Below are positions 10,306 through 20,944 of a DNA stretch of 64,000 nucleotides, piece after piece. The notes beneath the pieces were generated by a model, which worked only from the letters and a program-made list of their open reading frames with translations, ran no database searches and was not told the DNA's origin. The position numbers were made by a program, and so were the translations under genes. The stretch is from NCBI GenBank assembly GCA_009787775.1, contig WQSQ01000001.1, positions 1,924-65,923 of the forward strand. Direction: 5' to 3'. The number at the start of each line of letters is the position of its first letter. The first letter of the stretch is position 1. The stretch comes from Treponema sp. Lineage in GTDB: Bacteria; Spirochaetota; Spirochaetia; Treponematales; Breznakiellaceae.

Positions 10306-12159
10306 TTACTGGATAGTTATGTAAAATCTTTCAAGATATGAAATCCTGCGCCGTGCGTCTTCGAACCTTTCGCTCTGCGGATAATCATTGGTAAGGCGGC
10401 GGTAATAATCAAGGGAGCGCAGAATATCTCTGTTTGGGCTGTTCGCTTCGTATGATTGCCCCAATAACCAGAGAGCCTCATCACTTCCTGCCGGATAACT
10501 ATCCATATATTGCGCAAGTGATGTTAATGCGGAGGCGATATTTCCACCGTTAAATGATTCATGCGCGCTTTGCAGCAGCACTTCAGGAGGGATTGACGGA
10601 ATTTGCGGTATTACAGCGGATTCAGCTATGTCAGAAACGTCAGATAATTGTGAATCAGCAGACTGTAAATCTGTTGGCTGAGTATTAAAAACCGGTGTAC
10701 TGCCGGGATACGGATCGGCTGAAAAAGTTCCCTGTGTTGTCTGGGTAGATGGAGAAGTTGTAGTCTGCGAAGGAGCGGCTGCTGTTTGCGCTGTAGCGGT
10801 TGAGCTTTGAGATGGAGTACTCTGCGCCGCAATGGTTGAATTTTGTACAGCCGCAGTACCTTGTGCCGCGGATGCGGTATTCTGTGTTGGCTGCGTAGCG
10901 TTGGTACTTTGAGAAGGTTCATTTGTCAGGATAATACCTGAAATAACAGGTTCTGATGAGGGAAGTCTACCGCTGATTATTTGCGCCTCTTCAAGAGCGG
11001 AAGGCCAGCGTGGCTGTGCTATCACTCTTCCGCGATCGTAAGACGGATTGAACCACCCGGTAACGGCTGCGGGAGCTTCGCCGACAATTACCTGAACATG
11101 ATCGTTAATGATAAAATTTCTGATAAAATCCTGCCGGTAGAATTTAAGCACATATGTTCCCGCTTCATCCAGCGAGAATACAAAACTCTGTCCGTCCGTA
11201 TCATTGCGTCTGGAACTGTAAACTATACCTCTCCGTGAGGCAAGTTCTCCCAAATATACCCAGCCGTTTCCACGGAACGGAATTTCAAGAATTTGTCCGA
11301 CGTTCGCGCGCACTATCCTTGAGAAAATAACATCGCTCTCATGCGGAGTCATCCCCATTTGCAAAATAGAATCAACTCTTGTCGGAGGCCCTGAAGGGTA
11401 ATCAGGGCGTAATGGTTGTGCGGGAGGTTCAGATGCAGAAGGAATCTCTTCAATAGGTGATGCTGAAAGCGGCAGCTGTTCTGTTTGTTCTGGAGCTTGA
11501 GTTATCAGAACGGGCGGCTGCGGCGAAAGAGGTTCCGGTGCAGTGACAGTATCCATAACGGGCAAAGGCTCTGTAATTGCGCTTGCCCAGCGCCTTAATT
11601 CATCAAGCCTGATTCTTAGTTCTTCATTTCCGGTTCTCATCTCTTCGATTTCAGATTTTAATTCATTGTTTTCTGCTTCCAATTCAATGTTTTTATTTCT
11701 TAGCAATTCATTGTCATGTGTTAATCCAATATTATCATTTAATAATTCATACGCTGTGTTCCTTAACTCTTCACTGGATATAACAAGGCCTGTGAAACCA
11801 TCTGTCAATTTTTCAAGTTCATTAATTCTTTCTCTTAATTGATTATTGGCATTTATTAACTGTATCATTTCAATTATCCATGCGTAATTATTAATCCGCA
11901 ATTCCGCAACCCTGTATCCAAGCTTCTCATTGATATTAGCCAATTCTTCTATTCTGTTTTCCAGCCGTTCAATTGTCATTTCCATATCATTATCATTGTT
12001 GTTTTCACCCCGCAGCTTATTAATTCCAATCTCAAGCGGCTTATCATTGATTCCTAATGCCTCATTTGCCCATTGACCACCATCTGAAGCATTTACACCG
12101 GCACGGGAAAATATTAAAATAACAAGGAATAAAAATATAAGCAAAGAATTATTTTTCAT
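10306..12159 (-). CDS. Exported protein: signal peptide, coiled coil, Pro/Thr-rich linkers, C-terminal TPR-like domain
   Basis: Hydrophobic N-terminus, heptad-rich segment, EALWLLGQSYE...YYRRLTNDYPQS TPR pattern. Confidence 0.7.
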   Translation of the reverse strand: MKNNSLLIFLFLVILIFSRAGVNASDGGQWANEALGINDKPLEIGINKLRGENNNDNDMEMTIERLENRIEELANINEKLGYRVAELRINNYAWIIEMIQLINANNQLRERINELEKLTDGFTGLVISSEELRNTAYELLNDNIGLTHDNELLRNKNIELEAENNELKSEIEEMRTGNEELRIRLDELRRWASAITEPLPVMDTVTAPEPLSPQPPVLITQAPEQTEQLPLSASPIEEIPSASEPPAQPLRPDYPSGPPTRVDSILQMGMTPHESDVIFSRIVRANVGQILEIPFRGNGWVYLGELASRRGIVYSSRRNDTDGQSFVFSLDEAGTYVLKFYRQDFIRNFIINDHVQVIVGEAPAAVTGWFNPSYDRGRVIAQPRWPSALEEAQIISGRLPSSEPVISGIILTNEPSQSTNATQPTQNTASAAQGTAAVQNSTIAAQSTPSQSSTATAQTAAAPSQTTTSPSTQTTQGTFSADPYPGSTPVFNTQPTDLQSADSQLSDVSDIAESAVIPQIPSIPPEVLLQSAHESFNGGNIASALTSLAQYMDSYPAGSDEALWLLGQSYEANSPNRDILRSLDYYRRLTNDYPQSERFEDARRRISYLERFYITIQ

Positions 12160-12548
12160 GGAACACGCTCCAATAATTCATCAATTGCGGCTTCAATCCT
12201 TTCGCGCCATGCCTCTTCGCCGAAACGAAGAGGATCCTGCCAATACTCGGCGGCATCCTGCTCGCTCCAGTGAGTTCTTTGTTCCCGCTGCAGAAGTACT
12301 CCTGGAATAAAGTCCGGCTCGTCAGGTAAAAACAGTTCTTGCGCGGGAATAGGTGAATAAATTGTCACACTTTCGGATTCGGGAAAGTGCCTGGTGCCAT
12401 CAGAACTCCCCATTGAGGACAAAACAAAGATTGCCAGAACTGCTGCGAACACGGCAATGCCGGAAACGGTAAACACCTTTTTTTGTTTTATTATTGATTT
12501 GGGAAACCAGTTCTTAACTAATTGAATATATTCTTTCAATGCCCCCAC
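12156..12548 (-). CDS. Hypothetical single-TM protein
   Basis: One TM segment; ATGA overlap with the downstream gene. Confidence 0.7.
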   Translation of the reverse strand: MGALKEYIQLVKNWFPKSIIKQKKVFTVSGIAVFAAVLAIFVLSSMGSSDGTRHFPESESVTIYSPIPAQELFLPDEPDFIPGVLLQREQRTHWSEQDAAEYWQDPLRFGEEAWRERIEAAIDELLERVP

Positions 12549-12646
12549 CCAGTGTTATTATATCAAAAAAAAGTTAATTTATTCAAGCGAAACAATAAAA
12601 CTTGATGTAATGGATAAAAAAATATAAGGTAATACACGGAGGAATA

Positions 12647-13606
12647 ATGAGCGAAGAAAAACGCCGGTATTTTACTCTTTTAATACCAATAATATGCATT
12701 TTCTTAATATTATTATCTTTTATATCAAATAGTAATCACACACAAAACAATGAAAAAAAAGTGGCTGAATCATTAAAAAACATTAACGCAGAACACGCCG
12801 GAGAGGATTCAATATCACTGGTTTATGGTTTAGCCGAAGTAGAACCCCCGCAAAACGAAACTCCGGTTATTATATCCGGAGGATATTATTTAAATACATT
12901 AAACGATCAAGTGTTGAACATATTGTCAGAGCTTAAATTGCCTTTTCATATACTTGAACAAATACGTCTGGATTTGAAAGAAAACAGCGGTTTTATAAAT
13001 GAGTTTTCCGCTGTTCTAAAGGATGATTCCGATTATTGGAATCTTGTAGACAAGGAAAATCCCATAGATGCGGATTACGTACCGGTTGATCTTGTAGATC
13101 TGAAAACCGGTATGCCTGATCTGGAAACAAACCAAATGCTCCGAAAGGCAGCTTATGAAGCGTTATTGGATATAAAAAATGCCGCTTCCCGCGAAGGGTA
13201 TACATTAACTGTACTTTCAGCTTACAGATCATTCGAACATCAAGGCAGAACCTACACATACTGGGTGACACAGGAAGGCCAGCTTCAGGCAGACAGAATT
13301 TCCGCAAAACCTGGTTATAGTCAGCACCAGCTTGGGCTTGCTGTTGACTTTAACATGCTTGACAACGCGCTTGCTGAAACTCCAGAAGGTATCTGGCTTG
13401 CGGCAAATGCATCCAGCTTTGGCTGGTCTTTATCATACCCCGACGGTTATGAAAGCATAACAGGCTACAGTTGGGAAAGCTGGCATTACCGCTTTGTCGG
13501 GAAAAGACTTGCAAAGTTTATTGATGATTACTTTGACAGTATACAGCAGTATGCCCTGATGTTCATCCATGAGTTTAATGAATTGCAGCAAAGATACGGA
13601 AACTAA
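12647..13606 (+). CDS. D-alanyl-D-alanine carboxypeptidase, peptidase M15B (VanY-like)
   Basis: SAYRS, SAKPGYSQHQLGLAVD, ESWHYRFVG; N-terminal anchor; GGAGG RBS. Confidence 0.92.
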   Translation: MSEEKRRYFTLLIPIICIFLILLSFISNSNHTQNNEKKVAESLKNINAEHAGEDSISLVYGLAEVEPPQNETPVIISGGYYLNTLNDQVLNILSELKLPFHILEQIRLDLKENSGFINEFSAVLKDDSDYWNLVDKENPIDADYVPVDLVDLKTGMPDLETNQMLRKAAYEALLDIKNAASREGYTLTVLSAYRSFEHQGRTYTYWVTQEGQLQADRISAKPGYSQHQLGLAVDFNMLDNALAETPEGIWLAANASSFGWSLSYPDGYESITGYSWESWHYRFVGKRLAKFIDDYFDSIQQYALMFIHEFNELQQRYGN

Positions 13607-14991
13607 TCATGTCCCAGCGGGAGCTGCTCCTCAATATCTTCATTTGCAGCAAGTTCATACTCTGCAAGTTTGCGCAGCAAAGTTTTACGTCCAATTTCAA
13701 GTGTTTCTGCAGCTTTGCTTTTGTTTCCCTTGCAGTGAGATAATGTATCCCTGATTATTATTTTTTCACATTCCGTCATATTTGAGCCAAGCCTTATATT
13801 TATCCAGCCGTCGTCATCTGAACTGCGGAAAACAGGAGGCAAATCATCAACTGCTATTACATTTGACTGACACATAACTACGGAGCTTTCAATGCAGTTG
13901 CGCAGTTCACGTATATTTCCAGGCCATTCATAGGCATAAAGGCGCGAACGCACCTTTTCGTGCAGGCCTTCGATTGTTTTGCCGTTTTCCTGCGCCAATT
14001 CCTTTAAAAAAGCGGCGGCCAAAAGAGGGATATCGTCTTTTCTTTCGCGTAACGGCGGAACATGGATATTTACAACATTCAGGCGGAAATAAAGATCCTC
14101 GCGGAAACTGCCTTTTTCTATCTCGGCTTTTAAATCCTTATTGGTAGCGGTAATAATGCGCACGTCAGTATCAATGGTTTTTTCTCCCCCGACACGCTCA
14201 AATTTCTTTTCCTGCAGGACACGGAGAAGTTTAATCTGAATATTCTGATCAATTTCGCCGATTTCATCCAGAAAGAGAGTTCCACCGGAAGCAAGCTCAA
14301 AACGTCCTCTCCGCTGTGATATTGCTCCTGTGAATGCTCCCTTTTCATGACCGAACAGTTCGCTTTCCAGCAACGCAGGAGAAAGAGCGGCGCAATGCAC
14401 CTTAATCATAGGATGATCTCTGCGCGGAGAAATTTCATGTACAGCATCGGCTACAAGTTCTTTCCCGACCCCCGATTCACCGGTGATTAAGATGGATGCT
14501 TTTGTCGGAGCAACCTTGCTCATTGTATCGAAAACATCACGCATACTGTGCGAATTACCGATTATGGATTTAAACGGATTTTTTCGTTCAAGTTCTTCTT
14601 CCATTCTGCGATGCTGAAAGAAAAGCTCCCTGTTTTCAAGAGCGCGTTTCACTTTCATGGAAAGATGATCAAGATCAACAGGTTTGGAAAGAAAATCCCA
14701 GGCACCTTCTCTCATTGCGGCTACCGCGTTTTCAACTGTGCCGTGCCCTGTCAGGATAATTACAGGAAACCCGGGAGCTTTTGCAATGATGCGGCGCATA
14801 AGTTCATCACCGGTAAGTCCCGGCATTTTTAAGTCGGTAATAACAAGATCAATGTCACCGAGCAAAAAACGCTTCCAGCCTTCTTCGCCGGCAGCTGCGC
14901 ATGCAACTTCGTATCCGTCGTCTTTCAGGAATTCGGCAAGTCCTTCGCGGATATTTTTTTCATCATCAATTACAAGAAGGCGGAAATTCAT
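13603..14991 (-). CDS. Sigma54-dependent response regulator (NtrC family, Rrp2-like)
   Basis: Receiver (DD, DLKMP), GESGVGKE, GAFTGA, LFLDEIGE, C-terminal Fis HTH. Confidence 0.95.
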   Translation of the reverse strand: MNFRLLVIDDEKNIREGLAEFLKDDGYEVACAAAGEEGWKRFLLGDIDLVITDLKMPGLTGDELMRRIIAKAPGFPVIILTGHGTVENAVAAMREGAWDFLSKPVDLDHLSMKVKRALENRELFFQHRRMEEELERKNPFKSIIGNSHSMRDVFDTMSKVAPTKASILITGESGVGKELVADAVHEISPRRDHPMIKVHCAALSPALLESELFGHEKGAFTGAISQRRGRFELASGGTLFLDEIGEIDQNIQIKLLRVLQEKKFERVGGEKTIDTDVRIITATNKDLKAEIEKGSFREDLYFRLNVVNIHVPPLRERKDDIPLLAAAFLKELAQENGKTIEGLHEKVRSRLYAYEWPGNIRELRNCIESSVVMCQSNVIAVDDLPPVFRSSDDDGWINIRLGSNMTECEKIIIRDTLSHCKGNKSKAAETLEIGRKTLLRKLAEYELAANEDIEEQLPLGHD

Positions 14992-16217
14992 GTTATGTTT
15001 CCTCCTTTAAAATCAAGATACTGTTTATTCTCATGCGGTGCAGGAAGGCTGATTTTGAACTCAGCCCCTGATCCGGTTACTGAATCAACGGATATCTCAC
15101 CGTTATGCTCTTTTATTATTTTGTAAACCTGGGTTAACCCAAGCCCTGTTCCTGTATCCTTTGTTGTAAAATAAGGTTCAAATATTTTTCCTATGTTATC
15201 CTTGTCTATCCCCTCGCCTGTATCATTAATTGTTATTCTTATCTCATTATCGGCATATTCTGTAAGTATGGTAAAAATTCCGCCCTGCGGCATTGCTGCC
15301 TGTGAATTTTTGACAAGATTGAGAAAAGCCTGTTTCATATAACGCTCGTCCATCAGAATATTGGGAATCTCTTCATCAAGTTCAAGAAAGCACATAATAT
15401 TCATCTGCTCCATCTCATACCGCACAAAATCCATTATCTGCGTTAATAGATCGTTAATGCTTCCTTCCCGCAGCTCTAGATTCACCGGCCGCACAGCAAA
15501 GAGGAAATCCAGTACAATACGGTTAAGCCTTTCTACTTCTTCATTAATAATATTAAAATATTTATTAAATGACGGATCCGGTATCTGCTCAGCGTGCGGT
15601 TCTTCATGTTTTATATCCTGATCAGATTCATCATTATTGAAGGTTTTATTAATTTTTTTTGCCAGTGTTTTTCTAAGTAACTGAAGATGAATGGAAATTG
15701 AACCAAGCGGATTTTTAATCTCATGTGCGACACCTGCGGCAAGGGTGGTAAGGCTTGCAAGATTCTCAGCTCTTCGCAGACGCGCTTCTCCCTTTCTTTT
15801 CTCGGTTATGTCGTCGATATAGATAAGAGTACCTGTTATGTGTCTGTTCTGTACCAGCGGAACAATATTAACAGTAAACAGCCTGTTTCGCCCCTGATAT
15901 TCGTAATATATTTCTTTATCAACTACCTTTTCCCTGTTTATTATTATGTCCCGAAAAGCGTTAATTATCCGTTCATCGCTGATTGCTGTATGCAGCTTCA
16001 CTCCTTCGATATAATTCATTGGTATAAGCCGCTGCGCCCACTTGTTGGCTACCAGCAAATAATGGTTCTCATCGCAGACAAGAATTCCCTTGTCGATCGT
16101 ATCCAGTACATTTTTAAACAGTTTTATTTCATCCACAGCAGAACTGAAAATCTCTCGGCGCTGTTCAGGATTTAGTTTGTCAAATTTTTCCAATGTGCGC
16201 TTGAAGAAATCAACCAT
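14988..16217 (-). CDS. Cytoplasmic PAS sensor histidine kinase (Hk2-like)
   Basis: PAS-like N-terminus, AHEIKNPL H-box, N/G1/F/G2 boxes. Confidence 0.93.
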   Translation of the reverse strand: MVDFFKRTLEKFDKLNPEQRREIFSSAVDEIKLFKNVLDTIDKGILVCDENHYLLVANKWAQRLIPMNYIEGVKLHTAISDERIINAFRDIIINREKVVDKEIYYEYQGRNRLFTVNIVPLVQNRHITGTLIYIDDITEKRKGEARLRRAENLASLTTLAAGVAHEIKNPLGSISIHLQLLRKTLAKKINKTFNNDESDQDIKHEEPHAEQIPDPSFNKYFNIINEEVERLNRIVLDFLFAVRPVNLELREGSINDLLTQIMDFVRYEMEQMNIMCFLELDEEIPNILMDERYMKQAFLNLVKNSQAAMPQGGIFTILTEYADNEIRITINDTGEGIDKDNIGKIFEPYFTTKDTGTGLGLTQVYKIIKEHNGEISVDSVTGSGAEFKISLPAPHENKQYLDFKGGNIT

Positions 16218-17592
16218 AACTGCTCCTTGTTAAAGCTGTTTTTAGTTTATAAAAAAGGTTTTCTAAGGCGCTCGCTGTGTTTATATTTAATACATCAACC
16301 GCTGTTACAGCTTCACCTATATATTTGCCGAAAATATCATTGTAAGCGATAAATTGCGGCCTGTTTATTCCGCGTGTAACATCGCGTACAATTTCAAGGC
16401 ATATTTCCAGAAAACGCGAAAATGAATCATCTTTAAAATTATCGCATCCGGACAGAAGCGCTTTAATAACCGAGGCGCTCTTCATATTATGTTCAAGCCA
16501 TGCTGTTCCAGCTATTTGCGCATAACGTTCCTCGGCTGCATATAGAAATAACGAAACTCCGGGTGAAAAACAGCTTGCGAAAGACGCATTGCCGCTTTTT
16601 GCGCCCCTTCCGGCAGAAAGGGAAGCAATGCGCGCCAGACAGATGATAAACCGCGCAGCGGCAGCTTCAAGTTTTTCCTGGCTTCTCTCGGAGAATGAAT
16701 CCAGATACGCGCTTACAAGCGATCTTCCCGGTTTAACTGATATTTCGTCCACTGAATTCTGAAATACCTTTCGGATAACCTTATTCTCGCCTTCTGCGCT
16801 CCTTTTTAAAAAACGGTACGGCCGAAGGCGGGAAAGAATTGTCGGCATTATCGCTTCTTTCCTTTTCGTAGTAAGGACAATGCTTACAGATGACGGCGGT
16901 TCTTCCAGAAGCTTTAAAAGCGAATTGCGGCCTTCATCCCTCATGTTCTCTGCGTTTTCGATTACAAGCGTTTTGTGCCTTCCGTTAGGTGAAAGTCTGC
17001 ACCACATGGAAACGCGCCTTATCTGTCCAATCGTGATAATGCTGCCAAGCCCTTCTTTTTCAAGAGAAGAAGCGTCTTTGAACAGAGAATCGTAATACTT
17101 TACAAGTTTATTCTCTTCATTAAAATATGTTTCAGAATTCGCCCAGTATTCGCTTAATTTTTCATCAAATGACTGCAGAACAGAACTGATTTTGGGCAGT
17201 TTTGGATCATCTTCCATAGTGACAGGAGAAAAGCTTAAAATAAGTCTGCGAAGAGAACGGAAGAAGACAAGCCTGGAATTTGCGTTTGACGGATTCCTTA
17301 ATAATGCCGATTTACAGGCGGCTATTACAGGCAGGAAAGAGCGGTTTGTGAGCAGCAAGAGATCATCATGCATAAGGTAACGGTGTTTTTCGCAGGAGGA
17401 GCAGGAACATTTCCATTCGGCGCGCGGATACTGTTCGCAGGAAAGAACGCGGGATAACTCAATAGCTGCGCTGCTTTTTCCTGTATTGGGCGGTCCAAAA
17501 AACAGCATGGAAGGAGCGCTACGGTGATTATTTATATCATCACCCAACTGGAGAACAGTTCCCTGTTCAATGATATTTTCAAACACTTTCAC
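16210..17592 (-). CDS. DNA polymerase III clamp-loader subunit, delta'-like
   Basis: FFGPPNTGKS, Cys cluster, NSLLKLLEEPP, TILSR. Confidence 0.75.
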   Translation of the reverse strand: MKVFENIIEQGTVLQLGDDINNHRSAPSMLFFGPPNTGKSSAAIELSRVLSCEQYPRAEWKCSCSSCEKHRYLMHDDLLLLTNRSFLPVIAACKSALLRNPSNANSRLVFFRSLRRLILSFSPVTMEDDPKLPKISSVLQSFDEKLSEYWANSETYFNEENKLVKYYDSLFKDASSLEKEGLGSIITIGQIRRVSMWCRLSPNGRHKTLVIENAENMRDEGRNSLLKLLEEPPSSVSIVLTTKRKEAIMPTILSRLRPYRFLKRSAEGENKVIRKVFQNSVDEISVKPGRSLVSAYLDSFSERSQEKLEAAAARFIICLARIASLSAGRGAKSGNASFASCFSPGVSLFLYAAEERYAQIAGTAWLEHNMKSASVIKALLSGCDNFKDDSFSRFLEICLEIVRDVTRGINRPQFIAYNDIFGKYIGEAVTAVDVLNINTASALENLFYKLKTALTRSSYG

Positions 17593-18053
17593 ACTCCGGA
17601 AATCAGCGGCAGAAGAAGATTTGCAAAGAAACTGCCTGTTAAAATTGAAGATGAATTAAAAAGCGGCTGAATATTAATAATGAATAACACGAGGCTTATA
17701 ACGGCTATGCCTTCCGCCATTCCGAATATAATGCCCAGAAAACGATCTATTCCGCCGAGCTTAATTCCGTTAATAATTCCCTTTAGCATGACGGCAAGCA
17801 TTTTTACAGTAATTAAAACGATTATGAATAATGCGATAAAAGCAATTATCTCGGGAATAATGTTGTTTAAATCAGGCCAGAATTGCGTCCTGAGAAACTC
17901 TCCTCCGTTTTTATAGAAAAACAGCGCCGCCAGAATTCCAAATACAAGGCCCGCCATTGAAAATAATTCGCTTACAAAGCCTTTCAGATAACAGCGGATC
18001 ATAAACAGCCCGATTAATCCCATAAAGATAAAATCCATTACAGTGAAAGTCAT
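17589..18053 (-). CDS. cvpA: CvpA family membrane protein
   Basis: GFVSELFS and DRFLGIIFG motifs, four TMs. Confidence 0.88.
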   Translation of the reverse strand: MTFTVMDFIFMGLIGLFMIRCYLKGFVSELFSMAGLVFGILAALFFYKNGGEFLRTQFWPDLNNIIPEIIAFIALFIIVLITVKMLAVMLKGIINGIKLGGIDRFLGIIFGMAEGIAVISLVLFIINIQPLFNSSSILTGSFFANLLLPLISGV

Positions 18054-19171
18054 CTGTCCTCCCTGATGTTTTCAGCTAAAACCTGCGCGATAATTTTCGC
18101 GCCGTCTTTTTTTCCAATTTTTGCTGATGCTTCTGCAAATGATTTTCTCTTTTCAGCGTCATTGGCAAATGAACTCACTGCACTGATAAATTCCTGCACA
18201 CTTACATCTCCTCCGTCTCCTGAAGGAGAAGACAAAACATGCGCAGCTCCGGCACTCTCAAAAAAGCGCGCGTTCTCAACCTGATCTCCCCTTGTTCCTG
18301 AACCTCTTAGAGGAAGCAGGATCATCGGTTTACCCAAAACCGCCCATTCCCAAATACCTGCTCCGCTTCTTCCCATCACAAGTTCCGCCGCCGCCATAAC
18401 ATGAGGCATTTCCTCCTTAAAGTACGGGTACGGTTTATACTTAAAGGACGCGGGAATATCCCATGATAGAGCAGGGCCGCTCTGATGCACAACAGTATAC
18501 AATTCTGTTAAAGACGGCAAAGCAGCGCGGATTAGATCATTTATTTCCTGTGCCCCCTGGCTTCCACCAAGAATCAGGAGAATACGCGCATTATCATCCG
18601 TTTCCAGAAATGCTCTGCCTTTTGCGGGATCGGCGGCACGAAAATTACTGCGTACTGGATTGCCGCTTACAACAGCAAGCTCCTGAATCTTTTGGGGCAG
18701 ATACCGTATAGTATCTTCATATGCTGTAAAGATTCTGCCTTTTCCGGAGATAAAGCGGGTATTTATCTTTGTCGCTAAACCTGGGCTGAAATCGGATTCG
18801 TGAGTAAAGACAGTCAGACCAAGCGAAGCAGCGGCCGCACAGGGCGGAACGCTGACAAAACCGCCTTTGGAAAACAGAAGCTTTGCCTTCTTTTTCCTTA
18901 GTATCTTGCGGGAAACGAAAAACCCGCTGAGTATCTTAAATATATCAAATATATTCTGAAAAGAGAAATAACGCCTGAGTTTCCCCGAAGGAACACCGAA
19001 GAATTCAATCCCGGCGCTTTCAACCAGAGTGCGATCCATGCCGGTTGAAGAACCTATCCAGAAAATCCGAATCTTGTCCGCAGGAAACAGTTTGTTCAAT
19101 TCCGCCGCAACTGCAAGACCCGGGTATATATGCCCTCCTGTCCCTCCCCCAGTAAAAGCAATGTTAAGCAT
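18050..19171 (-). CDS. murG: Undecaprenyl-PP-MurNAc-pentapeptide N-acetylglucosaminyltransferase
   Basis: GGGTGGHIYPG, GGFVS, GNPVR, GGSQGA, DQVENA; start moved to ATG 19171. Confidence 0.95.
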   Translation of the reverse strand: MLNIAFTGGGTGGHIYPGLAVAAELNKLFPADKIRIFWIGSSTGMDRTLVESAGIEFFGVPSGKLRRYFSFQNIFDIFKILSGFFVSRKILRKKKAKLLFSKGGFVSVPPCAAAASLGLTVFTHESDFSPGLATKINTRFISGKGRIFTAYEDTIRYLPQKIQELAVVSGNPVRSNFRAADPAKGRAFLETDDNARILLILGGSQGAQEINDLIRAALPSLTELYTVVHQSGPALSWDIPASFKYKPYPYFKEEMPHVMAAAELVMGRSGAGIWEWAVLGKPMILLPLRGSGTRGDQVENARFFESAGAAHVLSSPSGDGGDVSVQEFISAVSSFANDAEKRKSFAEASAKIGKKDGAKIIAQVLAENIREDR

Positions 19172-19177
19172 GCGAAT

Positions 19178-19206
19178 ATTATACACAAGATTTAAAATAT
19201 CCTCAA
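19178..19206 (-). promoter_or_regulatory. Sigma70 promoter of the murG operon (leaderless)
   Basis: TTGAGG-17-TATAAT, 6 nt before ATG 19171. Confidence 0.6.
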
Positions 19207-19230
19207 TGACAGGCGTTAAAAGATTACTCC

Positions 19231-20940
19231 TTAATTAAAATCTTTCCTGCGTATTTCCATTCGTTTTATTTTGCCGCTGATTGTTTTGGGAAGCTCGCTT
19301 ACAAACTCTATAATGCGGGGATATTTATAGGGGGCCGTTACTCGCTTGACATGGTTTTGAAGTTCGCGGATTAATTCGTCTGACGCGCTGTAGCCGCGCG
19401 ATAAAACGATTGTCGCTTTTACAACCTGTCCGCGCATGGCATCGGGAGCGGCTGTTACAGCGCATTCCAGTACAGACGGATGTTCCATAAGAGCGCTTTC
19501 AACTTCAAAAGGGCCGATACGGTAGCCTGAGCATTTTATCACATCGTCGTTTCTGCCTACAAACCACAGATAGCCGTCGTCATCTTTCCAGGCCATGTCT
19601 CCTGTCCGATAGATTCCGCCGTTCCAGTTACTCATGGTGCCTTCCTTGTCTTTCCAGTAACCCCTGAAAAGGCCGGGGAAATCAGAATTGCCGATAACAG
19701 GCGGCATAGCGTCAGAGTTTTCGGTTTCGTACATGTTTTTACCTGCGCATGTGACGCTCATATTGCCGACAATGCCTTCATCGCAGACCTCTCCGTTTTC
19801 GTCCAGCAGCTTCAACCCGAAAAGGGGAGCGGGCTTTCCCATTGAACCAGGTTTTACAGGAAGCCATTTGAATACCGCCGCCATTACAGAGGTTTCGCTC
19901 TGACCGAATCCTTCGCGGATTTCAAGTCCTGTCAGCACGGAAAACTTATTGTAAACTTCGGGGCTTAGAGGCTCGCCTGCGACAGAAGCATGGCGGATAA
20001 AACTGAAATCGTATCCTGAAAGGTCTTCTTTTATCAGATAACGGAATACTGATGCGGTCGCACAGAAAGTAGCGGGCTTCAGCCGCATAATCGCATCCAG
20101 CATTCCCCTGGAAGTAAACTTTTCCCAGTCGTAAACGCCGACAGCCGCGCCGCAAATCCACTGTCCGTAGATTTTACCCCATGCGAACTTTGCCCAGCCC
20201 GAATCCGTCTGTGTCAGGTGAACTTTGTTTTCTTCTGCGCAGTGCCAGTATTTCGCCGTAACAATGTGGCCTAACGGAAGCGAATGGTTGTGAATCACCA
20301 TTTTTGGAAGCCCTGTTGTACCTGAAGAAAAATAAATAAGCATTGGGTCTTTTACGTTTGTTTGAATCCTTGTAAAACTATCGGAGGCTTTCTCTATTTC
20401 ATTGCGCATATTGATAAAACCGCCGGGGACAGTCTTTCCGATGACGGCAACTTTCTCAAGATTCGGGCATTTCGGAAGAACCGCGGCAATGCTTTCAAGC
20501 ACATCTTTATCATCAACTGTAATTAATAGTTTTACACCGGCGGCATTGCAGCGGTATTCCAAATCTTTTGCAGTAAGCTGGTAAGTTCCAGGAATGCAAA
20601 CTGCTCCTATTTTGCAAAGAGCGCACATTAATACCCATACGCCTGGGCGCTGCTTTAAAATCAGTTTTATTACATCGCCTTTATTTACACCTAACGAAAG
20701 AAGCGCGTTCGCAGCCTTATCCGAAAGACGCTTGATATCCGCGAATGAAAACGATTTAACTTCCTGAGTATCGTCAGTCCAGAGAAGAGCGAGTTTTTCA
20801 GGCTCAATACGGGCCCATTCATCAACTACATCATAGGCGAAATTAAAACCATCGCTTGCTTTGCATTCATAGCTCTCAAAGAAATCTTCGTAACTGTCAA
20901 AGTCAATTCGCGGCAAAAAGCGGGAAAGAATTTCATCCAT
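19231..20940 (-). CDS. AMP-forming acyl-CoA synthetase (acetyl-CoA synthetase-like)
   Basis: YFSSGTTGLPK, EGFGQSE, YRTGD, PKTISGK; start at ATG 20940 just after the cupin gene. Confidence 0.92.
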   Translation of the reverse strand: MDEILSRFLPRIDFDSYEDFFESYECKASDGFNFAYDVVDEWARIEPEKLALLWTDDTQEVKSFSFADIKRLSDKAANALLSLGVNKGDVIKLILKQRPGVWVLMCALCKIGAVCIPGTYQLTAKDLEYRCNAAGVKLLITVDDKDVLESIAAVLPKCPNLEKVAVIGKTVPGGFINMRNEIEKASDSFTRIQTNVKDPMLIYFSSGTTGLPKMVIHNHSLPLGHIVTAKYWHCAEENKVHLTQTDSGWAKFAWGKIYGQWICGAAVGVYDWEKFTSRGMLDAIMRLKPATFCATASVFRYLIKEDLSGYDFSFIRHASVAGEPLSPEVYNKFSVLTGLEIREGFGQSETSVMAAVFKWLPVKPGSMGKPAPLFGLKLLDENGEVCDEGIVGNMSVTCAGKNMYETENSDAMPPVIGNSDFPGLFRGYWKDKEGTMSNWNGGIYRTGDMAWKDDDGYLWFVGRNDDVIKCSGYRIGPFEVESALMEHPSVLECAVTAAPDAMRGQVVKATIVLSRGYSASDELIRELQNHVKRVTAPYKYPRIIEFVSELPKTISGKIKRMEIRRKDFN

Positions 20941-20944
20941 CGCT

